From: an uncultured virus (IMG/VR IMGVR_UViG_3300032233_001072)
Taxonomy: Duplodnaviria > Heunggongvirae > Uroviricota > Caudoviricetes
Virus record (IMG/VR): IMGVR_UViG_3300032233_001072
Span: 30,949-94,948 of that record
Length of the DNA stretch: 64,000 nt
Direction: 5' to 3' (one strand)
Shown here: piece after piece, positions 29,703-38,528 of the stretch
Layout: each line of letters opens with the position of its first letter
How positions within the stretch are numbered: position 1 is the stretch's first letter
The notes under the pieces: generated by a model
What the model was told of the DNA's origin: nothing
What the model saw: the letters and a program-made list of their open reading frames with translations, nothing else
The model's database searches: none
Position numbers and translations under genes: made by a program

Positions 29703-31268
29703 TTAACGACTGAAAAATGGATTGTTTGCTACTTGCACCGTTGGAAGTGTTTCGTAGATAGTCATGGCACATGCGATAGCAAGAGAATCGGGGTAGTCGT
29801 CAAAGGCTCCCTTTTCATTTGGGGCTTCTGCCAACATAAAAGGACCTTTATAAACCTTCTCAAGGTCTCCCATTTGTTGCGTAAACCGTTTCCAAGATTT
29901 AACTCTCTTAGCCTTAGAGTGGGCTGGAATGACTAATTGGTCTCTCTGAATCAATTCGGTAAGATGTACCCAACGCTCGTGCTGTGCCCGAGAATCAGAA
30001 GAAACCCCGATGACTTCAATGTTAGGGAGAAGTAATTGGAGACGTTCCGCCACAGCCCCACCAACACCTTGGGAGTCAACTCCAATGCGTAGGCAGTCGT
30101 AGTTTCTCAAGAAGTCAATGATCTGAAAGTATTGAGATTCCCATTCCTCGTTGTTAATTTCCAACCAGTTAAGAATGCGGTGTTCATAGAAACCAAATGG
30201 ATCTGGATGATCCCAGTCAACCCACAGAACAGTAACCACCGTGGAGTCAGTAGATCGGGCAACGTCAATACCGACTACAACAGGGGTGCGCCACCAACTT
30301 CTTACGAGTGGCATCTGTATGTCAAATAAACGCTCTAAGCGTTCTTCGGTTACAAACATTCCTCGTTCCAACATGAACCTGTTGCAGTAGGACATTTGGA
30401 ATTCTTCGGAGTCTTCACCAATGCGTAGTTTTTCTTTAGAAATAAACTTGGCATAGTTAGGGTTGTATTTAGCCGCAACCCTCCAGTCATACTCAAAATG
30501 GCATTGGCGTACTTTGCGTCCACCGTTTACTTCACGCCTTTTGTTGTACTGGATCATTTTATAGAAGTAGGACTTCTGGCGGTTAGCCGTACCTGTGAGG
30601 CAGATAGAACCGTTGTTAAACGCCAACATCGGTTTAATTGACTTGGTAACCATAAACTCGTCTGCTTCTTGAGCCTCGTCAATAAGGACGAAGTGATAAG
30701 TCTTAGATTCAATCTTTGCCTTGGGGTTACAAGTCTGCATACGGCAAAGTGATCCAGAATTCTTTAGGGTGATAATTCGCCCTTTTCCTCGTGATCCACC
30801 AGACATCGCCTTGTCGTCAATCTCAGGGTCAAGCAAAAAGTCCATTGCATGGTCGCTAGTTAACTTGCTTACGATACGTCCAAACACAGTGTCTGCTTGG
30901 TCTTCTACGGGAGCAAAAACGCCAACCCAGAATCCTTTTTCAAATTTACCAAGCCACGTTGGATAGACCTTGGCAAGTTTGGGAAGGAGCACCATCATGG
31001 CAGAAAGCACGTTAGACAGTACTTCCGATTTACCTGACTGGCGTGTAGCAATCACTGTCATTTCATCGCCGTCACCAAGAATCACTGATTCAATTAAACG
31101 GTACGCAATAGGTAACTGGTAAGGGAAGAATTTAGTGTCAGTAAAGGCTTCGGTGAATATGACTCCCCGTTTTACTAACTCATCTAAAAACTCTGCCGAC
31201 GTATCGTCAAGTTCTGTGAATTCGTCTTCGGGGATTAGGTTTTCTTCTAGTTCTTCATCTGTAAGCAC
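29703..31268 (-). CDS. terL: Terminase large subunit
   Basis: Walker A TRQSGKS, Walker B LIDEAQ, GIDVAR and DDYPDS nuclease motifs; start reassigned to GTG 6 nt after TATGAT. Confidence 0.93.
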   Translation of the reverse strand: MLTDEELEENLIPEDEFTELDDTSAEFLDELVKRGVIFTEAFTDTKFFPYQLPIAYRLIESVILGDGDEMTVIATRQSGKSEVLSNVLSAMMVLLPKLAKVYPTWLGKFEKGFWVGVFAPVEDQADTVFGRIVSKLTSDHAMDFLLDPEIDDKAMSGGSRGKGRIITLKNSGSLCRMQTCNPKAKIESKTYHFVLIDEAQEADEFMVTKSIKPMLAFNNGSICLTGTANRQKSYFYKMIQYNKRREVNGGRKVRQCHFEYDWRVAAKYNPNYAKFISKEKLRIGEDSEEFQMSYCNRFMLERGMFVTEERLERLFDIQMPLVRSWWRTPVVVGIDVARSTDSTVVTVLWVDWDHPDPFGFYEHRILNWLEINNEEWESQYFQIIDFLRNYDCLRIGVDSQGVGGAVAERLQLLLPNIEVIGVSSDSRAQHERWVHLTELIQRDQLVIPAHSKAKRVKSWKRFTQQMGDLEKVYKGPFMLAEAPNEKGAFDDYPDSLAIACAMTIYETLPTVQVANNPFFSR

Positions 31269-31285
31269 ATCTCTATCATACAAAA

Positions 31286-31320
31286 GTAAATGCCCCCGGT
31301 GTTAAACCGAGGGCATTTAC
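31286..31320 (-). terminator. Terminator-like hairpin upstream of terL
   Basis: GTAAATGCCC...GGGCATTTAC stem followed by TTTT on minus strand. Confidence 0.65.
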
Positions 31321-31373
31321 AAACTCTTGGGGAGGAGGTCACACGGAAAGGGGGAACGTGATGAACCCAAGAG

Positions 31374-31577
31374 TTAGAACAATGTTAGTTGATTTTCACT
31401 AGGTACGGTGGGCATATGGTGATCTTTTAGGAACTCTAAAGCCTCTTCTAAAACACAGAAAATGTCATTACTACTGATTACAACTTTACCATGTGCGTCA
31501 AGTTCTGCAACTTGTTTGGGGTACCCGTAAACAATATCTGCCATTTCATTCAACATGTTTACTACTGTTTTGCTCAC
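31374..31577 (-). CDS. Hypothetical protein ending in QLTLF
   Basis: ORF track; C-terminal clamp-binding-like pentapeptide. Confidence 0.6.
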   Translation of the reverse strand: MSKTVVNMLNEMADIVYGYPKQVAELDAHGKVVISSNDIFCVLEEALEFLKDHHMPTVPSENQLTLF

Positions 31578-31578
31578 T

Positions 31579-31809
31579 TTAGTCCTTTTTGTTTTGGCGT
31601 GACACGTACTCTAGCCAGAGAGTATTCACAATGTCAACTTGTTCACTAACAAGTTCTAAAGGAGCATCATGGAAACGCCACTGGTCGTAAGCGCCACCAA
31701 GAAACATGATGCTGTTGTTTAGCCAATCCAGTAGATCAGCATTTGACATCTTCTGTATGCGAGAAGGAGAAGGGATTGAATCATCTGATTTCTTTTTAAA
31801 TATCGCCAT
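31579..31809 (-). CDS. Hypothetical protein
   Basis: ORF track; coupled. Confidence 0.7.
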   Translation of the reverse strand: MAIFKKKSDDSIPSPSRIQKMSNADLLDWLNNSIMFLGGAYDQWRFHDAPLELVSEQVDIVNTLWLEYVSRQNKKD

Positions 31810-32141
31810 TACCAGTTGCCAATCTCGTGAGCAGTTGTGTCTAGCATACGCCCACCAACAGCATTTAAGATGCCTTCTTCGTCATTTTTAGGGGCTGTTT
31901 TTTTACAAAACCCTATTTGAAAACTATGTTTTCTAAAGCGAAATTGAACGCCTTTGCCAGTTCTCCACGGTTTATCAAGTTCATGCATAAACCCAAGAGA
32001 CACTATTGGGGTGCCTTTACGAACGTAGTTACGGGTAATCCAATACAGATTGCCCACGGATTGCACAAGGTTCATAGAATCTTTAAACAGAAACCAAGAT
32101 GCGACAAGTACTACAACAACTAATATACCTACGATGATCAT
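31809..32141 (-). CDS. Membrane-anchored hypothetical protein
   Basis: N-terminal TM; coupled. Confidence 0.7.
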   Translation of the reverse strand: MIIVGILVVVVLVASWFLFKDSMNLVQSVGNLYWITRNYVRKGTPIVSLGFMHELDKPWRTGKGVQFRFRKHSFQIGFCKKTAPKNDEEGILNAVGGRMLDTTAHEIGNW

Positions 32142-32579
32142 TTACATATCCTGAAAGTAAGCGGCTTCTTCGTCTTTAGTAACCCTACTATACGGGTATT
32201 TGTCAAGCACTTCTCTAATAAACACCCCTTTAGACGGGGCTGAGAAAAAAGAAATATAAGTTGTATTGGGCACATCCGTATATTTCCACGGAGTATCCCT
32301 GTTAATAAACCTAACAAAGATAGTACCGTATAGGTTTCCAAAACCTTTTTCGGTAACGGGGATAAACTTAAAGGCTCTTACACGACTACTTTCATCTGGT
32401 GGATGATTGTTTCCGGGTACCCAAGCAATTTCAGTCAACGCAGTGGTGGGGAAAGAAGATTCTCGCCCTTCACGGATACGTGCACGTTCTTGCTCAATGC
32501 GCCCAGCACCCGTGTAAGTAGAAGTACCTCTGAAGTCTTGTATTTTACTGGGGTTCATGCCCCCTTTACGACGTGCCAT
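32142..32579 (-). CDS. KTSC-domain-like protein
   Basis: SSRV...FVRF...Y.DVP..Y..F..APSKG.FI. Confidence 0.7.
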   Translation of the reverse strand: MARRKGGMNPSKIQDFRGTSTYTGAGRIEQERARIREGRESSFPTTALTEIAWVPGNNHPPDESSRVRAFKFIPVTEKGFGNLYGTIFVRFINRDTPWKYTDVPNTTYISFFSAPSKGVFIREVLDKYPYSRVTKDEEAAYFQDM

Positions 32580-32598
32580 TTAGTTATATTAGCAAGTA

Positions 32599-33156
32599 TT
32601 AAGCAGGCTTCAACGCTGGTGGCACTTTATCAGCAATGGCGTACTGCCAGTGCCATGCTTCAAACTCTGCTGACTTAGGGTCAGAACCTTGAAGGTAGAA
32701 ACCATACTTAGGACCATTGGTGCACATCCATGCAAGCATCTTAGGGTGAGCCGAAAGGCTTTCAATCTTGCCCTTGATTTCTACACCAAGGTCAATAGCA
32801 AGACCCCATCCGTGGTTTGACTTGCCGGGAGTTGAGCAGGGGGCCATTCCGGGCTTGAGGTACCAAGTCACACCTTCGTAGGTACGGGTTACTTGTGGCT
32901 TGCGACCTTTGTCTTCTTTGGAGTAACGGTCAAGAAAAAGCGCCAATGCTGGCTCAAGTGGGCGGTAGTCACCAATGTTTTTAAGTTCAATACCAGCGGC
33001 TAAAGCAGCGTCGTACAAAGCATTAAAGGATTTAGCGGCGGTAGTCCACATTTGACCACCACACTTTACTTTTGCAAGTAAAGCGGCATCCATTTTACCG
33101 TTAGGCACTTTTGCAAGTGAGGGGGGCATGACCAGTTTGATGTAAGGATATTCCAT
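32599..33156 (-). CDS. Endolysin, peptidase M15B (D-Ala-D-Ala carboxypeptidase-like)
   Basis: DYR, PGKSNHGWGLAID, EAWHWQY. Confidence 0.88.
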   Translation of the reverse strand: MEYPYIKLVMPPSLAKVPNGKMDAALLAKVKCGGQMWTTAAKSFNALYDAALAAGIELKNIGDYRPLEPALALFLDRYSKEDKGRKPQVTRTYEGVTWYLKPGMAPCSTPGKSNHGWGLAIDLGVEIKGKIESLSAHPKMLAWMCTNGPKYGFYLQGSDPKSAEFEAWHWQYAIADKVPPALKPA

Positions 33157-33218
33157 GGACCCAGTTTATCGTAGTTAGAACCAATATGCCATCGCAGTTA
33201 GAACAGTGATGACACTAA

Positions 33219-33944
33219 TCACCCAGCAATCTCCATAGCCGTAATGGTAGACGACAACCTGCCTGTGGTGGAAGCATTGGTGTCACCTGCACATTGATTA
33301 ACAACAAATGAGTATGTTCCGCCAAATGGACTATAAGCAGCCACTTGATATGTTGTTGCTGAAACCGTAGACGGGGAATCTAAATAAGTAAACGAAATGT
33401 TTGCGTTAATATCAGGTCCGTTAGAGTATCCACCACTAGCGTTAATACTCACTCTGCTCCCAGCAGTAGTACCACCGCCTATAAGTGTTGCTCCACGTTT
33501 TAGTTGTGCAGCGAAATATGCTCTGTAACTTCCCGCAACATCAACCATTCCGTGCATATTAACAGTTATTAAAACTTTTGAAGTAGTTGATTTTGGTGTA
33601 ATAGAAACGCTTAAACCTGTTACGTCTGCTGATGCACCCGGAGCAATGGTTGATGAAGTGATAGTTGTCAAAGTTGTACTTTGAACTTGTAAGACTGAAC
33701 CGCTAGTTGCGCTTGTGGCTGCAATGTACCGCCAAGCAGTACCGTTCCAAATAGCAAGCATATCCGTATCGGTTTCATAGATAAACTGCCCCTCATACGG
33801 GGCTGTGGGGCGTGTGCTACTAGTAAACACACCAACCCCAGCCACAGCGTTTATCGCCCACTTGCCGTCAGTGTATGACCATACTTTACCACCAACCGTA
33901 AAGGTGTCTCCGGCGGTTGGTGAGTTTGGGAAATCTATAGCCAT
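33219..33944 (-). CDS. Tail fibre / virion appendage protein
   Basis: MAIDFPNSP module, SSTRP.AP..GQ.IYETDT, LDSPST...TYQV. Confidence 0.75.
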   Translation of the reverse strand: MAIDFPNSPTAGDTFTVGGKVWSYTDGKWAINAVAGVGVFTSSTRPTAPYEGQFIYETDTDMLAIWNGTAWRYIAATSATSGSVLQVQSTTLTTITSSTIAPGASADVTGLSVSITPKSTTSKVLITVNMHGMVDVAGSYRAYFAAQLKRGATLIGGGTTAGSRVSINASGGYSNGPDINANISFTYLDSPSTVSATTYQVAAYSPFGGTYSFVVNQCAGDTNASTTGRLSSTITAMEIAG

Positions 33945-33978
33945 ATACGCCTATTTTACACCATATGGAGTTGGGGGC

Positions 33979-34263
33979 CTATGCCCACCAAAAGTGCTTA
34001 AGTATTGCTAAGGAAGCAAGCACAATCCAGACTACGTTGAAAAGGATGATGGTAGGAAGGGTCTTCTTAGTGGAAGTCCAAATAAGACTTGCGCTTGAAA
34101 CAATGGCAAAGATGTAAAGCCACCACCACTGTTTACCAAAGAGAAGACCGGGGAAGATGATGGCAATCTTTGTTGAAAAGCCCCATGCTTCTACGGTATT
34201 GACACGGTTCCAATACTTCTTGGAACTCATGGTTTTGACGGCGTTGAATACCTTGTTGTTCAT
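33979..34263 (-). CDS. Small multi-pass membrane protein
   Basis: Three hydrophobic segments; SD before MNNKV. Confidence 0.7.
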   Translation of the reverse strand: MNNKVFNAVKTMSSKKYWNRVNTVEAWGFSTKIAIIFPGLLFGKQWWWLYIFAIVSSASLIWTSTKKTLPTIILFNVVWIVLASLAILKHFWWA

Positions 34264-34338
34264 CTTTTGTTCCTTTTTAATAAACGGTTTGTATGTGTCC
34301 CCAAGTAGGGAGGATAAATCTTCCATTAAAACAGTTCC

Positions 34339-35028
34339 TCAGAAAAGGTCAAGAGGACTCTTTGGACGTTGAGTGTCTATCTTTGATTTTAGCCACAAAA
34401 CAAACTGTTCTGACATATCAGGAATATTAGAAGGTCTTTCTTGAGCAAGAACATCTCCTTTTAAATACCTGTAAAGGTGCATGTCGGGAAGTTGCTTGAT
34501 TTCATTTACAATATCTTCAGGGATGTCCATAAGTTCTAATGAGTACTTTGAGTACTCAGCCATTATTTCCCTATTGTTAAAAGGCTCTTCATACACAGAT
34601 GCCCACTCAAACATGTTTTTAAGAAGTTCCTGCATTGTCCTAGCAAACCATAATCTGCCCTTGTCTTTTGTTGTTTCATATTTACTATCAAAATAAGTAA
34701 ATGTAGTGGCAGAAGAAATTGCTTTTATTTCAGGAATCTCAACATAAATGATATAAAAATAAGGAGAGTAATCAAGCACTATTTCAAAAGTTTGTAAATG
34801 GGAAAGACTAGGAATCCAACTAGGACCAAACGGAAACTCAGAACCTTCTTCCCAAAGAAGTCCTTGTGGACCATAACCGCCCGAGTCACAACGAACCAAT
34901 GAGTCCTCTAAACCAAATGAATCAACGAGGATAGCCTTGGTTAGGATAAACAAACCTTGTCTATCATTTTGTCCAACCACTTTTAAGAACTTAGAATAAT
35001 CTATCGGTTCCATGTTTTTTGCCACCAT
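34339..35028 (-). CDS. Hypothetical protein
   Basis: ORF track. Confidence 0.7.
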   Translation of the reverse strand: MVAKNMEPIDYSKFLKVVGQNDRQGLFILTKAILVDSFGLEDSLVRCDSGGYGPQGLLWEEGSEFPFGPSWIPSLSHLQTFEIVLDYSPYFYIIYVEIPEIKAISSATTFTYFDSKYETTKDKGRLWFARTMQELLKNMFEWASVYEEPFNNREIMAEYSKYSLELMDIPEDIVNEIKQLPDMHLYRYLKGDVLAQERPSNIPDMSEQFVLWLKSKIDTQRPKSPLDLF

Positions 35029-35834
35029 TTCTTATTTAGTAAGTCTTTTTCTATTTTACTATCTACGGTACGCCTATTCTGCCTATATGGAGTTGCTGTA
35101 GAAGAACCCGACGGGAATGTTGGGCCAGCGTTAAACCCTCTACTTGCTACAAAGCGTGTCCACGAGGAATCTTCAAATTTTACTGTTGGTGTGCCGTGTT
35201 TTCTTTCAAATGGAATTAAATGAAACACTGGCGTTCCATACTTTATTGTAAATTCTTTGTCGGTTTTAATGTTCAGAACAAGATTCATAATGTGATAAAA
35301 GTCTGTATGAACTACCGCTGGCACTACATCGTAGTCTAAATTTGGTTCAAACAAAACGGGAAGCACCAACGTAGACCAACCCGGTGCTGTAATGAATGAC
35401 CACGGGTTGATGATCTTAGGGTAACAAGAGTCCTCTATTTTTCTTACTTCAGTCATTGGACATGCGCCAGTTTGACCAAAACCAAAGGATTCCACATTAA
35501 ATATTTCTTCGCCCGTGTTTCCTAGCCTAATTTGGTCTAAGTTAACATTCCACTTTCTATCAGTGCTTGCATCTGGAGAAAAAACAGCGTTTGTCCACAT
35601 TGGAACGGTAATTCCCATGTTTAAAAAGTCCTGTGTCCCTGCACACCCTCTTATAGAGCCTGTGTACTTACCAATACTACGAAACCACTTTGGAGTATTG
35701 GAAACGGTGTTTGCGTAAGGTTTACCCTGCTCCTCCATTAAACTTGGGTGTTGCGGAATCAAAAGGATTTCCCCCGGTTTAGGTTTCTTCAGGTGTTCAT
35801 AGTTTTTATTCTTTATTGAGCGAAACCTAGTCAT
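35001..35834 (-). CDS. Hypothetical protein (KIINPW..TAPGWS..D family)
   Basis: Motif pattern I associate with phage 2OG-oxygenase islands. Confidence 0.65.
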   Translation of the reverse strand: MTRFRSIKNKNYEHLKKPKPGEILLIPQHPSLMEEQGKPYANTVSNTPKWFRSIGKYTGSIRGCAGTQDFLNMGITVPMWTNAVFSPDASTDRKWNVNLDQIRLGNTGEEIFNVESFGFGQTGACPMTEVRKIEDSCYPKIINPWSFITAPGWSTLVLPVLFEPNLDYDVVPAVVHTDFYHIMNLVLNIKTDKEFTIKYGTPVFHLIPFERKHGTPTVKFEDSSWTRFVASRGFNAGPTFPSGSSTATPYRQNRRTVDSKIEKDLLNKKWWQKTWNR

Positions 35835-37302
35835 TATATAGATCCTTCAATGATTGGGCGTGATCTACAGTTTCATGGTCAAATCTTGCTAACATAACAT
35901 TAGACATTTGTTGTGCAATTTGTCCTCTAATGTTTAGCCTTTCAAGAAGAGTAGAAGACGAATTACGGTTTAAGAGATTCTGTCCCTGAGCAACGTGTAT
36001 TAAATGTGCTGGCAAAAAGAGTTCCCCATTAGTTGCGGAAACATCTTCACGCATTGGGAGTCTCTCGCTCCAAAGTGCCAACAATTCCTCAAGAGCAGGG
36101 TTAAGGGGCATCTCCGAAACGGCTCTCCAGAATGGGGTATCAGCACGATCTGAGACATAATGTAAACGAATCATTGTTAGCACGTTGTCCATCATTAAGT
36201 TTATTTTCTTATTGTAGAACTTTTGCATGTGCTGATTGGTTTCATTATAAGAAGATAGGTTTCCTACCAAACTTATAACTTGTTGGATCGTTGTACCAAT
36301 GCTAGTTGCCTCAAGAGGTTCAACAAAAGCAGAGGCCAAACCTACGGCGCAACAGTTTTTAACCCATGTCTGCTCAAGATGGCCTGCATCAAACTTGAAC
36401 GATTTATGAGAATCTACTGAGTACCCAGTTACTGTCTGTACTTCATTGACTGCTTCTTCTTCTGTAATAAAGTCAGATGCAAATACGTAGCCATTGCCCC
36501 TTCTTTGCTGTGTAGGAATTTCCCATATCCACCCAGACGATGCGGCTCTTGCCCTTGTGTATGGTCGTATTTCTCCACTTGGATCTGATTCTGTTGGAAA
36601 AGCAATTGCTGAATCTACAAGCAAATACTTACTAAAAGAGTTCCACTTTGCTGCGCCCAACTTCGTCATTAAAAGGCGTTTAAGCCCAGTTGCGTCAATC
36701 CAAAAATCAGCCTCTACTGTTGCTGTATTTTCAAGGACAACAGACTCTATGTTTCCATTTTCTACATTTAATGTTATATCTTTGACTTCTGCATCAATAA
36801 CTTTAATTCTTCTTTCAAAACAAAGTTTCTCAAAAAAAGCATTAAGTTTCATTGTGTCAAAATGATATTGATTTGTATTACTATGCAGATTGTATTTGCG
36901 AATTCTGTTTTTTAGAAAACCATCTGTAGTCATTGCCGTTGTTAGAAATTGGTTTTTTTCTATAAACCCTGCGTATAGTCCAAAGTTACTCCAGTAATAA
37001 CCTGAATCATCACCGCTTACACTGTGGAAATAATCTGTATTCTTAGTGTGCCAATTTTCAAAACGAATCCCATACTTATGGGTAGCGTCTGTTTGTGTCA
37101 GCAAGTCGTGCAATGGAATTTCACATAAATCCATGAACCTTTTCCAGTGCTCTGTACTACCCTCGCCTACTCCTATTATTCCTATTTTTGATGAAGAGAT
37201 AATAGTTACATCTGAAGACGGAAAAGCCTGTCTAATGATTATTCCAGCAATCATTCCTGCTGTGCCAGAACCAACTATGCCTATAGAAAAGTTGTTACTC
37301 AT
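35827..37302 (-). CDS. Tryptophan halogenase-family flavin-dependent enzyme
   Basis: GSGTAG, IIGVGEGS, THKYGI.F.NW, WIDATG, GWIWEIP, FVEPLEATSI. Confidence 0.92.
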   Translation of the reverse strand: MSNNFSIGIVGSGTAGMIAGIIIRQAFPSSDVTIISSSKIGIIGVGEGSTEHWKRFMDLCEIPLHDLLTQTDATHKYGIRFENWHTKNTDYFHSVSGDDSGYYWSNFGLYAGFIEKNQFLTTAMTTDGFLKNRIRKYNLHSNTNQYHFDTMKLNAFFEKLCFERRIKVIDAEVKDITLNVENGNIESVVLENTATVEADFWIDATGLKRLLMTKLGAAKWNSFSKYLLVDSAIAFPTESDPSGEIRPYTRARAASSGWIWEIPTQQRRGNGYVFASDFITEEEAVNEVQTVTGYSVDSHKSFKFDAGHLEQTWVKNCCAVGLASAFVEPLEATSIGTTIQQVISLVGNLSSYNETNQHMQKFYNKKINLMMDNVLTMIRLHYVSDRADTPFWRAVSEMPLNPALEELLALWSERLPMREDVSATNGELFLPAHLIHVAQGQNLLNRNSSSTLLERLNIRGQIAQQMSNVMLARFDHETVDHAQSLKDLYND

Positions 37303-37871
37303 GGAAACCACGTCACTAACGAGTATTTAATACCGTCGTTTACAGGGTGTGCTTGATGATCGTAAGTAAGCCCAGACGGAAATAAAACAACTGAACCCGG
37401 GGTAGCCTCAATTTCTACTTTATGAAATGGAAATTCCAATACTCCCCCACTAGACGTATTTTCTAAAATAGCAACCAAACTAAAAAGTCTATTCACGCCT
37501 CCACCAGTATCAAGGTGTGTTCCGTATCTGGCTCCATTTTCATATTTCAGCATTTGCATAGGCTCATGATACCCACTTTTTGCCATAAAGTAAGAAGAGT
37601 AATCTAGAAAGCAATCCTGCAAAGGTAAGTAAACATCGTTTCTGAACATGTCATATAGATGATGTGTCTTGCCGGGATTCATAATCCATTGCAAATCACA
37701 ACTGTCTGATGTTCTGTACTCTTTTGCTTCTCCATTGGCTCCAATTAGGGATTTTGTCCAAAAAGTCTCTGCCCCTCGCAAACATTCTTTTTCTAATTCT
37801 TGAATAAAGTTTGTCCCATCAAGAACATCTTGATAAACAAAAATTCCCGTTGATTTTTCTTGTAGTTTCAT
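37299..37871 (-). CDS. 2OG-Fe(II) oxygenase
   Basis: HLD...R.FS...GG.LEFP...LFPS...H.AHPV..G.KYS. Confidence 0.9.
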   Translation of the reverse strand: MKLQEKSTGIFVYQDVLDGTNFIQELEKECLRGAETFWTKSLIGANGEAKEYRTSDSCDLQWIMNPGKTHHLYDMFRNDVYLPLQDCFLDYSSYFMAKSGYHEPMQMLKYENGARYGTHLDTGGGVNRLFSLVAILENTSSGGVLEFPFHKVEIEATPGSVVLFPSGLTYDHQAHPVNDGIKYSLVTWFP

Positions 37872-38287
37872 TAGGTTACCTGAAAGCACTCCTCTAAGAC
37901 ACACACATCTTTTGAATAGATTTTAAAAGTGTATTTGCCAGTCAGTTGTGGTCTATACAAAAAGCGAAGATGATGCTCTTCGTGAATAATCGGAAGAACC
38001 TTGTCTTGGTTAGTTAACCCGTTGCTCATAATACAATAGTCGGTTTTACTAAAGGTAACCCAATCATTTGTGTAGTAAATGCACTGAATAAAATTTAGTT
38101 TAACTGTCTCTTCAAAATGGCAAGTATTACTTGTTGGTATAAACAATAATTGAACAATTTCTTCATCAAAAGTTAGATCATTCATTGATTTACTTTTACC
38201 AATTGTAATTGGCAACTTTGTTTGAAGTGACAAAGTTTCTGCTTGTTCCATGTCCCCATTGACAGGGCAATAAATCACCCTTTGCAT
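37871..38287 (-). CDS. Hypothetical protein
   Basis: ORF track; coupled. Confidence 0.65.
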   Translation of the reverse strand: MQRVIYCPVNGDMEQAETLSLQTKLPITIGKSKSMNDLTFDEEIVQLLFIPTSNTCHFEETVKLNFIQCIYYTNDWVTFSKTDYCIMSNGLTNQDKVLPIIHEEHHLRFLYRPQLTGKYTFKIYSKDVCVLEECFQVT

Positions 38288-38521
38288 TTACAAGTTGTTG
38301 AGTTTATTATTGATGTTTACTACTCTTTTACACAATTCGCTTAATTGATACGAATCACCCATTGGCATATCGTTTTCCGGCTGGTATGTGCTTGGGTCAA
38401 AAGTTTCTGTATCTATGCCAAGAAAAACGCATAGACGAAAAATGTCAGATAGCGTATTCTTCTTATACATATTCAAAGCGTTAATTTTATCTTGCTCTGA
38501 GATTTCATTAAAAATGGTCAT
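38288..38521 (-). CDS. Hypothetical protein
   Basis: ORF with AGGAG SD. Confidence 0.7.
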   Translation of the reverse strand: MTIFNEISEQDKINALNMYKKNTLSDIFRLCVFLGIDTETFDPSTYQPENDMPMGDSYQLSELCKRVVNINNKLNNL

Positions 38522-38528
38522 ATTTCTC

